A stretch of 64,000 bases of DNA from Octopus vulgaris (taxonomy: Eukaryota), in NCBI GenBank assembly GCA_951406725.2, contig OX597816.1, forward strand, positions 56,544,001-56,608,000, written 5' to 3'. The notes under the pieces were generated by a model that was not told the DNA's origin, ran no database searches, and was given only the letters and a program-made list of their open reading frames with translations. Position 1 is the stretch's first letter; every line of letters starts with the position of its first letter. Below, piece by piece: positions 49,560 through 64,000 of this stretch. The position numbers and the translations under genes are program-made.

Positions 49560-50800
49560 CAGACTCTAACCACTCGACCTTGAACTTTGAGTTAAAACTG
49601 CTGCTTTGTTACAGACAAGATTAGTGAAATATGTGCCTGACAAATGACAATGGCGCCTACTGGTCTTCCTACAATTTCTCAAGATATCATAACTACGGGC
49701 ATATTTCCGCTTCGTCGTTCGCGCCAAAATGTTGACAGCAAACGTACCTTCAGAAGAGTGGAATTTGTCAATTCTACAAACAGAGAAAGAGCAGATGTCC
49801 CAATCTGTTGGACAAGATACAATGTCCAGATAATTATAAATTACAGAAGCAATATATACCTTAGTTACTTCTGAACAACATTTCCGGGAAAACTTCCTCT
49901 CGAGCAATTTCCTAGTGATATTATCAATTCTGCAAGATAATATCCATCTTCCCAGTCCTTATTCACTTGGTGTTCCGGCCGGAACAGGACACTGGCTTAA
50001 AAGAGTACTCTCTTCACTTATCCTGCATCTATTTGGAAACCATTTCAGTAAGGATTGTTTTGTTTGCTCCAATGGCACACACAGCTGTACATTAAAGCTA
50101 TCTAAATCGGCTTCACTTCGGACAACAGCCAAATTATAATTGACCTTAAAGAAATCTTTAGATGGATTCATATGTTATTTAGGTGTTCGAGATTACTGCT
50201 AAGTCAAGGTACTGCCTGGTACATTTTATTTAGCCTCTACTACGAACAGAAGGCCATCAAATGGTTGGTGCTATCACATATAGAGAAAACAGGCCTTCTA
50301 ACGACTATCATTTGAGTGAGTATGGTCAGGGATTTTGTCTGCGCGTTCCTGTTCTGTCCTGGAAAAGTTTTTTTATCGGTGCTTCATAACCAGAATTGTA
50401 CTTTTTGCTTCTACAAAAACGCATATTACCAGCTATGATATTATTCAACTCTAGTGACACATCAACCAGTTTACCATCGCATCTCACAATAAGGATAAAT
50501 TGCCAATTCATTCACGAAACAAAGGAGCTCTTGTTCGCGAGAGCCTCTAAAGATCTTACCTCCACCGACCCTCATTGGTGAGTACGAGTGATGACTTGCA
50601 TTTCCCTTCAAGTACTTCTCTACAAGGCTGTGTGATTTTTTGCCCCGCCGGCTTTTAGTTGTTACGCATCACTAAACACTAACCTTTGGGGCTCCTTCAT
50701 GTCATTTAGGCGTAGGCTAATAAAGTATTATTTTCTTATATCCGGACGTACCTCGACGCCAGACGTATTTATTCGTTTCTCTCTTAGAAACACGTACATA
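49560..50800 (-). mobile_element. Old, degraded Tx1-like RT fragment
   Basis: LERKFSRKCCSEVTKVYIASVIYNYLDIVSCP aligns with AERKLSLKGRAEVANAYIASVIEYRLTVVPCP of the young ORF2; upstream extent is approximate. Confidence 0.55.
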
Positions 50801-50914
50801 CAGTGCCGTCAGCATCAGACGTGCTGACAAAGAATACTGCTCAGAAATGACTTACTGAAAAATGTTCTTCTATAATTATGCCCACTTCGCCTGCTTAATC
50901 AGTGACTACTATAT

Positions 50915-51147
50915 GTATCTTTATTACTCACAAGGGGCTAAACATAGAGGGGACAAACAAGGACAGACAAACGGATTAAGTTGATTACATCGACCCCAGT
51001 GCGTAACTGGTACTTAATTTTATCAACCCCTAAAGGATGAAAGGCAAAGTCGACCTCGGCGGAATTTGAACTCAGAACGTAACGGCAGACGAAATACGGC
51101 TACGCATATCACCCGGCGTGCTAACGTTTCTGCCAGCTCGCCGCCTT
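50915..51147 (-). mobile_element. tRNA SINE with Tx1-like tail (type B) and 17-bp TSD
   Basis: TSD ATCAGTGACTACTATAT at 50898-50914 and 51148-51164. Confidence 0.92.
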
Positions 51148-51522
51148 ATCAGTGACTACTATATTTCATGTTATAAATAAGATAAATAGATTTTACTTAC
51201 CAGCCTATTATTATTCAAAGCGAATTACAAAATATGTCTTACAGCATGTGGAATTTCGCTTTAACAATTAGTGTTGTACTAATCATCCATTGAATTTACA
51301 AAATTGAAATAAATAAAATATACACAATATGATAGAAAGGAATTGAACTCATCGACAAAGAAAAGGTTTCAATAATTGTTTTACTTAATCAAAAGATCTC
51401 CTTACATCTATTGAGAATATTGCATTGAAAAGTAACAGCAAACGGGAGTTAAAAGAACTGGAGGAGGACAAATATACATCGAGCTCTCTAGTTATCTCTA
51501 CATCTTTTCTCTGACATTTTAT

Positions 51523-51559
<37 letters not shown>

Positions 51560-51841
51560 CACTCACGCACAGACCTTTTTCCTTTCAAAGTCCTATAAAA
51601 TCTACCACTCAATCGTTCACTCTCTCATTTTCCCTTCTCTCTGTTTTATTACGTATCTATTTATCTATCGTTTTATATAAAACATATGTGTGTGTATGTT
51701 TACAAACGTATATGTATGTACATGTATATATAAACGTATATTTTCACGTATATATACATATGCATATATATATATGTATATGTATATGTATGTATATGTA
51801 TTTATGTATGTATATACACACATGAATATATACATGCGTAC

Positions 51842-51892
<51 letters not shown>

Positions 51893-52859
51893 GGGGTGGA
51901 GGGTACATATATACATTTCAGGAGAGTATGTATGCATCCGTGAGTATGTATCTGTGTCCGTTGCGGGGGTGGGGGTAATGTAAACTGGTTTCTAAATGGA
52001 ATTCTGCACTACGATAAAAACTTTATTTAGAGTACACACAAACTCTCTATTTTTAAAGTACACACAAGCAACCTTTTTCTCTTGCCACATATTTTCACAA
52101 AATAAGAAATTTTTAAAAAAACGTGAAAAAAATCAGAATAAATTTTCAATTATTTAAAAGCCTCTAATCTTAATAAAATTTTCATTTCTCTTTCTTTTTT
52201 ATTAGTTCTTTATTTTTTTATTTGTTCTTTATTTTATATTTTTTATTTCTTCTTTATTTTTTCTATATGTTGGAGGGCATATTTTTTCTGAGTTTTCTTT
52301 ATGTTTTGCAAAATATACATTAATAAAATATCAATATAACTTCAACAACTATTTTTTTCTTTTTTTTTTTACTCTATTTTCGATTTCATTATTAACAGAG
52401 AGGTTTTACATAAGATATCTTGACTGAAGTAACAGTCTAAAATGAAGAACGTCATTCTTCGTCGAGAAAAGATAACCTTACAATACCATTCAGTGTCCTT
52501 ATAAACGAACGGCGTTTCAGGTGGACAGCAAATGGAATCAGGATCCAAAAGATAGAGAAGTACAAACACTGGGTATGGTGATTGAAGACTGAGCGAGAAG
52601 CTCACGAGTTCATTTTAAGAATTCTATAATGCCATTATCAATCTGACTGATCATTTCCTTTCCTTTCACTGTATGACTAAGAAAATTAACACATCAACTT
52701 CCAAACCACCGACCAGCCATCAAAGTACACGAACGACTCAACACTAAATTGGATAAGTGACGCACTGCAGGATTAAACTGTCTATTCCAATTCTACATAC
52801 ATACTTATATATACGCTTATGTGTACATTCGTATAACATGTTACAGACTGGAGGACACA

Positions 52860-53205
52860 TGCCCTCAGCTGCTTCGACTATTGCTCTCAACTATGGTCAC
52901 CACACAGCATAAAATCAACAGCGGAACTCGAAGCAATCCAACGTAGCTACACTAAGAAAATCGTTTCAATGCAACGTTTCAACTACTGGAAAATGGCTGA
53001 AAGAGTTTAAAAAATCTTCTCCCTAGAACGAAGGCGCAAAAGATATGCAGTTATATACATCTGGAAAATCTTTGAAGGCCTTGTACCAAACTTTGGCATT
53101 GAAAGCTACACAAACAGTAGGACGGAGCGCCACTGCATAATGCCAAAGATCCCGCCATTACCATCAAAATAAAGGACCAGATACTGCAGCAGCATCAAGG
53201 GCCCT
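52860..53205 (+). mobile_element. CR1-like LINE 3' ORF2 fragment
   Basis: FDYCSQLWSP, LEAIQRSYTKKI, FSLERRRKRYAVIYIWKIFEGLVPNF. Confidence 0.75.
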
Positions 53206-53326
53206 CATTTACCAAATGCCACATACCAGAGGAGGTTTCAAATAATGAAGGTGTAGCAAAGCCAACAGTGGTACTCCAGCATGAACGCAGCTTTAAAGGT
53301 GAAACAAGTTAAAGAGTTAAGGAATG

Positions 53327-54652
<1,326 letters not shown>

Positions 54653-55182
54653 TATAGAGGATATGAACTATAGCTTACACCTGAAGTAGAAAACATATTG
54701 TTTGATTTGTAAAATGCCTATGAGATAAGCAATTCACCATACCCATGTATGTTTGAAGAGTTTAACAACAACATCACAAGAAATAGACAGAAAGTGAAAA
54801 GGAGGAGGGACTGCAATAAGCATCTTTACAATTGTTTCTCTTCCTTTCTGTCAGCCGAGTTTGCCTAAAAATAAAACAGAAATAAAACATCGTTTGTCAT
54901 TTCACACGAACAACATTTTGGCAAGTGGGAAATTTGTTCATTTTGCAGCAGTAAAGAAATAACAGGAATAAAAGTGCCTGTGTGTGTGTGTGTCTTTGTG
55001 TGCGTGCGACTGGTATGGAAGATACTTATGTTAGAAGTGAAACAGATACAGTGTAATATAGACAATTATGCACCTTAAAAGACACGGATATTGTAGTATT
55101 CACATTTACTCTTTATTTTCTCATGCACTAAATATATGAACATTAGTGTAAACTATAGATGATAGCTTTTACTTTCAAACTG

Positions 55183-55236
55183 TTGTCCCCTCTATGTTTA
55201 GCCCCTTGTGGGCAATAAAGCAAAAAATAAATACGT
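55183..55236 (+). mobile_element. Tail-only insertion of the shared SINE/Tx1 3' end with TSD
   Basis: TGTCCCCTCTATGTTTAGCCCCTTGTGGGCAATAAAG flanked by TTTTACTTTCAAA at 55167-55179 and 55237-55249. Confidence 0.75.
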
Positions 55237-55494
55237 TTTTACTTTCAAAATGTCACCTATCTTTCGTTCATGTTTTCTAACATGTTATTGTAGATCCTTA
55301 CCTTTACAGGGTAACATTTTGTGCGCACTTACCAGGTTTATAGGTTCTAAGGTATGTTACAGAAACAAATACAAATGCACGCACACACACACGCACACGC
55401 ACACACACACACACACATATATATATATGTACTTTGTATGTCGGTATATATATATATGTGTGTGTGTAGATAGATAGAGAGAGAGAGAGACCTG

Positions 55495-56455
55495 AACACG
55501 GGTAAGTACCAACCCTACAGGAAGCTTAATAAGGAAATGGTATACATCCACAAGAGATCAAACCAGCACCACCACCACTACCACCACCCCGCTTTAATTA
55601 GAAACATGGTTTCAGGTATTATCAAAGGGGTACCTAAAGTGTCGGCCAACAGGAAGATCTTTAATATAGCACCCCGCTACAACGATACTTTGGCAAGGAG
55701 TGATTTTTCTGAGAAGCTTACGTATGTGGAAGATCTCCAAGTTCCTTCCTCCACCCCAAGAGAATTAGAAAAAGGAAAATTATCTGGTTTAACCCCTTAT
55801 TTAACCTAGACATTTCTTCCAACGTAGCCAGGGCCTTCCTGTTGCTAATTAAGAAACATTTCCCCAGAGGCCATAAGTATTACATATCCGTCAAACCCCA
55901 TAATGTCAAGGTGAGCTACTACTTATTTGACAACACTGCATCCAACATCACATGCATCAACAGACGTGAAATGCACTCACACAACCCCCAACCCCAACAC
56001 GCGACTGCCGAAACACCACCACCTTCCCTCTAGAAGGATCCTGCCTCTCAAAGGTTGTAGCATACAGAGCCATCTTTACACCATCCGATGGCATCACTAA
56101 GCACTAAGGGATATGACATCCAATGACTTTCAAAAGAAGGTACTTCTAGTACATATATTCATTCAGATCCAGGGAGAGAGAGAACTCGACTTCCCTGTCG
56201 TGCGTTCTCGGGAGACACTCTGACCTCCGAGACGAAACACCCAGCATCAAGTCTACTATGATCGACAGGCCACCACCATATTCACCCGGCGCCTCTAATT
56301 GCCAGCTTTACTATCGCGAAAAACTGCACATCCTCTACCGACCCGCAGTATCCATCAAGAAGGAATACAATCTATCCTATTGCTGTCACCAGAAGTATGC
56401 CCTCCTGATAAATTTAAAGCCATTAGCCGCCGACAACCTGCGTATACCTTCTTAG
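55495..56455 (+). mobile_element. Degraded Penelope-like element (end of RT, linker, GIY-YIG endonuclease), possibly Naiad-like
   Basis: YIHKRSN, KIIWFNP, IKKHFP, NVKVSY, DCRN..PLEGSCL, TFKRRY, NCQLYYREKLHIL across frames. Confidence 0.8.
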
Positions 56456-56789
56456 CCTGCACCAAGGTCCCCCTCACCAAGTAAACTCCGTGAGCAGAAC
56501 TGCCATTCACCGATCCTTATCGCTTTTCATGCCTGCCTACCGGCATACTCTCGCCCTTGTACATCACCACACAATTATATATACACACGCGCATGTCCGT
56601 ATACATATGCGCGCATGCGTGTTCATGTATACACACACACACACACACACACTTATATATGCAGACACACATGCTCATGAACGCGCACACACACATGCAT
56701 ATCTCAGTATATACATGCACACATGTATGTGTGTGCATGTATATATATGTATAGATATGTATATATATATATATATATACATGCATATA

Positions 56790-56842
<53 letters not shown>

Positions 56843-56847
<5 letters not shown>

Positions 56848-57032
56848 TACAGGACACCACAAATAAACGTAGAACACAACGAGAAACGAAAAAATAAAAT
56901 CAAACAAGGAAACGGACTTTTTAAAACTGTACTCTGCTTTTTTCGTTGTTAAAAAAAGTCCGTTTCCTTGTTTAATTTTATGTTTTCGTTTCTCGTTGTG
57001 TTCTACGTTTATATGTGGTGTCCTGTACTCAT
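56843..57032. repeat. Inverted-repeat module (~80-bp arms) embedded in (TA)n
   Basis: ATGAGTACAGGACACCAC..AAACGGACTTTTT versus AAAAAGTCCGTTT..GTGGTGTCCTGTACTCAT. Confidence 0.9.
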
Positions 57033-57034
57033 AT

Positions 57035-57079
<45 letters not shown>

Positions 57080-57160
57080 TCCCGGGTTGATTCGGGGTTA
57101 ACCACAGTAAGTAAGGTACTCAATACATAGCAGAGTAAAATTAATTTATTATATAGAAGG

Positions 57161-57211
57161 AGTTTCTACAGGACTAGTACTGTTTCATTCAAGAGAAATC
57201 TTCAGGAAGCT
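57161..57211 (-). ncRNA. Type I hammerhead motif (left arm)
   Basis: Mirror of 58343-58393 with one helix I mismatch. Confidence 0.65.
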
Positions 57212-57592
57212 ATTTAACAAGAATTGTATTAGCATTTATACATTTAGGCAGGTTTAAAGGAGTGGTGGTGGGGGACTTTTTTGGGGGTAGGCATAGCGCA
57301 AAATATCATACTTGGGGAGTGGTCAAGGAGTCAGTGGTAAGTTAGAAGAAAGAATAGATAAATAAAAAAATATAATAATAAAAAAATAAAAAAAATAAAA
57401 ATAAAAAATAAAAAAATAAAAAAATAAAAAAAATAAAAAAATAAAAAAATAAAAATAAAAATATATATAAAAATATATATATATAAAAAATATATATATA
57501 AAAAGGGGGGATAGAGTTATAGGTAAATAAGGAGATTCTCACTTATACCTATACACACATGTATACGTATCTACACACACACATATACACAC

Positions 57593-57633
<41 letters not shown>

Positions 57634-57930
57634 CATACACATATACATACACATCTACATACACACATACATACACCCGCCACATATACAAATTTATACA
57701 CATGCACATGCATATACCTGTCTACACATACACACACACATACACACACTCCCATGCATGCACGCATACACACATGTATGCGTGCATGCATGGGAGTGAG
57801 TGTATGCATATATACGTGTGTGTATGTGTAGACAGGTATATGCATGTGCATGTGTATAAATTTGTATATGTGGGCGGGTGTATGTATGTGTGTATGTAGA
57901 TGTGTATGTATATGTGTATGTATGTATATG

Positions 57931-57963
<33 letters not shown>

Positions 57964-58342
57964 GTGTGTATATGTGTGTGTGTAGATACGTATACATGTG
58001 TGTATAGGTATAAGTGAGAATCTCCTTATTTACCTATAACTCTATCCCCCCTTTTTTTATATATATATTTTTTATATATATATTTTTTATATATATTTTT
58101 ATTTTTTTATTTTTATTTATTTATTTTTTTATTTTTATATTTATTTTTATTTTTTTATTTTTTTTATTTTTTTATTATTTTATTTTTTTATTTATCTATT
58201 CTTTCTTCTAACTTACCACTGACTCCTTGACCACTCCCCCAAGTATGATATTTTGCGCTATGCCTACCCCCAAAAAAGTCCCCCACCACCACTCCTTTAA
58301 ACCTGCCTAAATGTATAAATGCTAATACAATTCTTGTTAAAT

Positions 58343-58393
58343 AGCTTCCTGAAGATTTCTCTTGAATGAAACAGTACTAGTCCTGTAGAAGCT
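58343..58393 (+). ncRNA. Type I hammerhead ribozyme motif (right arm)
   Basis: agcttc-CTGAAGA-t-ttc-tctt-gaa-t-GAAA-cag-tactagtc-ctg-TA-gaagct; 6-bp helix I, canonical core, GUA cleavage triplet. Confidence 0.75.
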
Positions 58394-58404
58394 CCTTCTA
58401 TATA

Positions 58405-58495
<91 letters not shown>

Positions 58496-58626
58496 TGTAT
58501 ATATACATGTAGATGTAAGTATGTACATATATGTATTTATATATATGCATATATTTTATTTATTTATTATATTGTTATTATATGACCGAACGCACGCGTT
58601 ATTTCTCTATTTCTCTTCTCCAAGTA

Positions 58627-58671
<45 letters not shown>

Positions 58672-59316
58672 ACATGCACATACTCGCACATGTATACATG
58701 TGTGTGAGTGAGTATGTGTGTGGATGTGTGAATGCACACCTATGCACACATACACACATCCGTATAAATACACACACACAAATATATAAGCACATACAAA
58801 CACGCATGCATACGTATATACTCGCATTTCTACTGTCCCTTTCCACTTTCCCCCTGTCCACGCGACCCGATTCCTGTTAACCATGCGGTATTTTCCAAGT
58901 AATAGTTGTTGCTGTTGTGGTTTCCGTTGTCGCTGAAAAACCTCGACCAATCGCAGGCCACCGTCCGGTAATAAACATTGAATTCCTCCAACACCTCTCA
59001 TTCAAATTTCCAACGGCTGAAGATTAGCATCACGCTTGAAACTCGGAGTACCAAGGACTTTTAATCAAACTGTTTTGATACGTGCGTATGTGTGTGAGTG
59101 TGCGTGTCTGTGTGTCTGTGTGTCGATGTATGGAATTCTTCTATACACATCTCTAAATACATGGTAATTAAGAGCTTATTCATAGCCCCCAATGCGGTAT
59201 TATATTGCGGTATATCAAAAGCATTCAAATATGTACATAACAGGCTAAAACGATCTTATATACCAACATATTTAGAATAAACATAGAAGAGTAAATATTT
59301 CACGTATACTTCATAC

Positions 59317-59512
59317 TTTAATTCTGCTCAACAGTTGTTTCATTAGGATAAATAACATTAAGTAATAGATAATTAATTTGAATTAATACGCCGGGTGATT
59401 TGAGCCAACATAAATTAATGTTATTTCAATTAATTTCATTTAATTCATTATGTATTGCAATTACGTAATTAATGATATTTATCTTAATGAAACAGCTGTT
59501 GAGAAAAATTAA
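59317..59512. repeat. Imperfect AT-rich inverted repeat
   Basis: CTCAACAGTTGTTTCATTAGGATAAATA versus TATTTATCTTAATGAAACAGCTGTTGAG. Confidence 0.7.
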
Positions 59513-59552
59513 TTCTGTGTAAAATTTTTATATACACATACTTATATATATA

Positions 59553-60275
59553 TATTGTGTTGGCAACTAAGTTCCCGCTGTTTATTTAAATTTTGGAATT
59601 TATTGCTTTTTTTTTAAATTTTGGAATCTATTTTTTTCGAGAATTCTATTTTTGAATCATTTTGGAATCTATTTTGTTTTTTTGTTTTTGTTTTTGTTTT
59701 TCTAGTTAATTTTAGTCAATTTTTGTTTATGTTCAGATCATTAAACTGGAATGTCAAATTAAGAAAAACGCATTTTAGGCACCTCCTTTTAACCTTTAAT
59801 CAAGGTTCTAAGGCCGCAAAAGCTGCTCGCGACATTTGTGCTGTGTATGGAGAGGGTGTCATAGCTGAAAGAACCGCTCATGATCGGTATGCCAAATTCA
59901 AAAATGGAAATTTTGATCTCAAAGACGCACCTAGTACTGGCCGTCCAATTGAGTTCGAAGAAGAGCGATTAAACCAACTTTTGCACGAAATTTTCCGTTA
60001 AACGACAAGGGAACTGGCAGAGAAAATGGAATGCTCCCACACTGCTATAGAGAAGCTTCTTCACTCGATGGGGAAGGTTCAGACGTATGGAGCAAGGATT
60101 CCGCATGCTTTAAGTGTCAACAACAAAAATCAACGAGCCACAATCTCCGCTGGTTTGCTTGCTCGTCACCGCTCAACTCATGGACACAAGCAACGATTTC
60201 TTTACCGAATCGTTACTGGCAACGAAAAGTGGTGCCTGTACATCAATAAGAAGCAGCGTAAGGAATAGCTTAGCT
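59553..60275 (+). mobile_element. Mariner transposon, 5' half (left TIR + disrupted transposase)
   Basis: TA-TTGTGTTGGCAACTAAGT TIR; HTH region AARDICAVYGEG..KFKNGNFDLKDAPSTGRP; RIPHAL (WVPHEL-like); RIVTGNEKW (first catalytic D mutated); internal stop. Confidence 0.9.
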
Positions 60276-60381
60276 CCGGTCTACTGTCCATGCGATTACT
60301 CCTGCTCCATATCTAATTAGTGAAACCGCCTAGGTGTTGATAGCTTCGATCTTATTCCGTCCATTTAATTTCAACTTAAGG

Positions 60382-60444
<63 letters not shown>

Positions 60445-60995
60445 GTTGAGTGAAAGAGCAGTTCATGCCATCAAAGTGACACTGGGGTAAAATATACGAA
60501 GCCCAATATACCCATCATGACCACCCGTCTGATAAGGGCACTCTAGGCACATGCATCACAACCATATGTGCGCGCATGGTGATCTCATGTCAAGATAAAC
60601 CGCACATGACCTTGCAGGTGGGGCCCAGTTAGAATTTTCTTCAGGTTGAGTAGCCCATCCCGCTCAAACGGTCCCTGAATAAGGGTTGTTTAAGGATGTT
60701 GAAAAACCCACCCATGTCTCCAGAGGTGAATTATTCAAACCCCAAAGACTTCCTCTCAACACATGACTATGATGCTCCCCCACTACTTCTGCTCGTGATC
60801 AGAGATGCACATATCGTCAGCCACTAAGGGACATGCTCAACTGGTTAAGGTCAAACAACTGACAAGCAAATCTGTGGTATTGAGCAGAATATTTGCTGTA
60901 GCCCATCTTTTATACCAAGACAGAACAATGTACATGATAACACTTCTAATCAGTTAAGATCAGAAGCCATGAGAGCCTCTGCCTGGTACTGCATC
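60445..60995. mobile_element. ~550-bp non-coding element inserted in (ATT)n
   Basis: Complex, more GC-rich block bounded by (ATT)n on both sides; no ORF, TIR or clear tRNA head. Confidence 0.55.
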
Positions 60996-62131
60996 TATTA
61001 TTATTATTATTATTATTGCTTCTCATTTTGAGTTGAGGAGACTTACTGAATACGATTAATCGCAGTATATGTTTGGCAATTTATTTTATCGTTCCTCGAA
61101 GGATGAAATGCAAAGTTGACCTTGGTGAAAGTTAAACTAAGGGCACTAGGATGATAATATCTCTTGTCTTTTACTGGTCTCTGCCATGCTGGAGCACTAT
61201 CTTGAATGATTTCAGTCGAAAAAATTGACCCCGGTACTTAATTTTAAATTGTCGTAGTTATTGTATTGTTTCTTTTTTGCTGAACCGTTAAGTTACGAGA
61301 CGTGAAGAAACCAGCATCGGTTGCCATGCGGTGAGGGAAGAAACACGCAGATAAAGACACATTATATATGAGTACATACAATAATAATAAAGAAATCATT
61401 ATTATTATTATAAATCGTCATTTTTCCATTGTTTTTTCACCACATCACTGCAAATGATGGGGGAAGCTTTTTATGAAAAGAATTTTTTTTTTTTAATTCA
61501 TGGTTCCTCTCTCCACTTCCGGTCTGCATTTTTTTCCACGGTGCACTTAAAAGCAATACGGGCGCTTCATCCATAAAAAAAAGTTCTCGAAAATTTATGA
61601 TTTATTTTTTAAACCCTTTCCCTAGCTCATTGCCGATTTTCGCCAATTTGTGTGCACAGCCCACTTTAAAAAGATGGCAGAAGTCTGACTCTGCAATTTG
61701 CTTCTGTTTATAATTTCAAAATAATTTTCGGACGAATAGGTAAGATTTAGCTGTTATTTCTAGCACATCCCACGACCACATATTACCTTCCTCGTTTCGT
61801 TGTCACTTTCACATGTATTGATGTTCTTCTATATTTTTCTCCCCATAAACACATTTAATGGCATGCTTATGCGGAAGTAACGATTTTGTATAACTCAAGG
61901 GTGTTCAATCGCTGGGATTTAAGCAACAACGACAAATTTTGTAATTTAAATATTTCAACCCACCCCGCACCAAGTGAGTCCGTGTGTATGTGTATGTGTC
62001 AGTGGGGGGAGAAAAAACATTTACTAACAGAAAAGTATGCTATTAAAATGACTTATCCTTCACATACCTTTTTCAAGTCACTGTGCCCTTCTAATGAAAT
62101 TCTTTACAGACATGCACACACGCACAGTGAC

Positions 62132-62190
<59 letters not shown>

Positions 62191-62812
62191 TACATACACA
62201 CACAGTGCATGAGTGATATGCTTTTATAAATTGAGATTGTGGTAAATATAGACAGAGAGGAAGAAATTTTACAATGAGAAAAGTGAAAAATGAAAGAAGC
62301 AGACAAATATTTTGTAGTTTGAAAATTAAGTGGAAATTTGTAGTTTGAAAATTAAGTGGAAATTTTCAAATTTGGCAAATTAATGTACGTTTCCACGTTG
62401 AATCGGATTTTGTGGTTCATCTATTCTAGAAAAAATTTTAGAAAAATGTTATAGAGGTTTAAAGTTTGATCATTTTTACTCACTCAGAAAACAGGATTTG
62501 TGCGTAACACTTGTTTATCATAAAATGAAACTAAACATTAGAAGACGACGTTTTAAACAAAATGAAAGCTATTGCATATCCCTGGAAGAAGGACAGGGGC
62601 GGAGAGCAGCGTCCGTAAGGAATAATACATATACAAAGAGAGAGGAGCAAAGAGTGTGGTAAATATAAAGAGAGAGGGGAATGTGTAAAAGGGTGAGAGC
62701 CTGGGAGACAGGTAGGAGATTTGTCAATCTAAAAGTTATTTCGCGAAGCAAATTATTGTTGATATACCTAGAGTCTATTGAATCCTTATAACGAAGATAT
62801 ATCTGTAAAGAT

Positions 62813-62897
<85 letters not shown>

Positions 62898-62989
62898 CTT
62901 TTATCAGTGGTTTGTGATTTGACTGCTCTTTTTAGCATGTAAGGTATCCTGCTAAGTTCATCTCTTTTGTGTATAGAAATATACATTAA

Positions 62990-63050
<61 letters not shown>

Positions 63051-63485
63051 GTAGCTGTGTGGTTTACGTGTGATCTACTTCAAGTTTCATGGTCGGTTAA
63101 TGCAGTCTTCCAGTGGGCTTATTTAGCTTACTGTGAATAATACAGCAATTGTTCAGGCTTAGAAAACTTTGCTACTGCGACAAAGAATTACGAAGTACGA
63201 GGGTGAAAAAAAAACATAAGAAAACATTAATCAAAGATTTTTACAAGATGTGCGAGCCGTGACAGGTTTCTGATATCGAACTGCAAGATGCCCCCTTCAC
63301 AGAATTATACATATACTTTAGACTTTTCTCGTTCGACTATCTCCACTAGATTCTGATTTTTTTAAAAACAAACATTTCAAATTAGTGATATTCATTTAAT
63401 CCATTAAAACAGTGGTTCTCACCTGGGGTCAATATGGTTCCCGAGGGGTCATATAAGATTTTTGAGGGTAAATTGGGTAATACAG

Positions 63486-63618
63486 TTCTATATTTAAGAG
63501 ATGAGGAATTATATACATTATTTACATTTGACGGATATCTGTCCTTATCTTGTTAACACAACGTTTCGGTTGACGTACTCTCCAGCCTCCATCAGGTGTC
63601 TTGGGGGAAATTTCAACA
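63486..63618 (-). mobile_element. Third copy of the hammerhead module of 10597-11170
   Basis: Reverse complement of ~11035-11170; core reads CTGATGG (A9 mutated)..GAAACGTT. Confidence 0.75.
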
Positions 63619-64000
63619 TATTGGTGCCTGTTTCCATGGTAACAAGCTAAAATATAGTCTGCTACACTTTTTTTCTTGTTTTTAATTTTATAGGGTTTTT
63701 CTGGACATTTCCAGCCTAATGTATTAGTTTAATTCCTAACTTAATTATTTTTTTAAACGATTAATTATATATATTTATTGGGCTTGTTGGTTTTATCTAG
63801 ATGAATGTGATTTTATATATTTGTATTTAGATGTGTGTATGATAAATGTAAATATAAAGGTAAAGGTAAAGATAAAAAATAATAGAGATAAAATTTGTGA
63901 GTTTAGGTATATATAGTCAACTCGTTTAACCTTTCGAATATCATGGGGAAATTGAAAACCGAGGATGTGGTTTCCAACATACAAGAGAAGGATGTTATCC

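Larger units (their letters stand above)
57145..58410. repeat. 1.27-kb near-perfect palindrome with a hammerhead near each end (probable inverted PLE pseudo-LTR)
   Basis: Arms are reverse complements about a centre at ~57772, apart from microsatellite length differences and a few substitutions. Confidence 0.9.

Noticed and set aside
55980-56330. Selenocysteine (in-frame TGA at Cys sites) as reported for some Naiad PLEs
   Set aside because: Cys-motif positions are not TGA here and the copy is too decayed.
63410-63470. hAT-like TIR start CAGTGGTTCTCA (also Tc1/mariner-like ends at ~46390 and ~63197)
   Set aside because: No matching second TIR or TSD found, so no element can be defined.

Overview
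Eukaryotic, AT-rich, microsatellite-dense DNA with no recognisable host gene. The SINE families and (TA)n/(GATA)n load suggest an octopod cephalopod (inference). Nearly all short ORFs in the track are microsatellite artefacts. Real content: (1) a full-length Tx1/L1-clade LINE plus a 5'-truncated sister copy, stacked in one (GATA)n array; (2) a full-length Helitron whose RepHel is broken only by homopolymer frameshifts; (3) a ~6 kb foldback complex; (4) relics of Penelope-like (PLE), R4/Dong, CR1, Tx1 and mariner elements, a solo LTR and MITEs; (5) several tRNA-derived SINE families. Best leads: a tRNA-headed SINE-like unit carrying a hammerhead ribozyme in a PLE-type tandem/inverted layout; about ten minimal hammerhead motifs, mostly in (TA)n-embedded modules and some with a U4C core; a SINE sharing its 3' stem-loop tail with the (GATA)n-associated Tx1 element; and apparent partitioning of microsatellite types among retroelement clades. 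All calls were made by eye; no database search was run.
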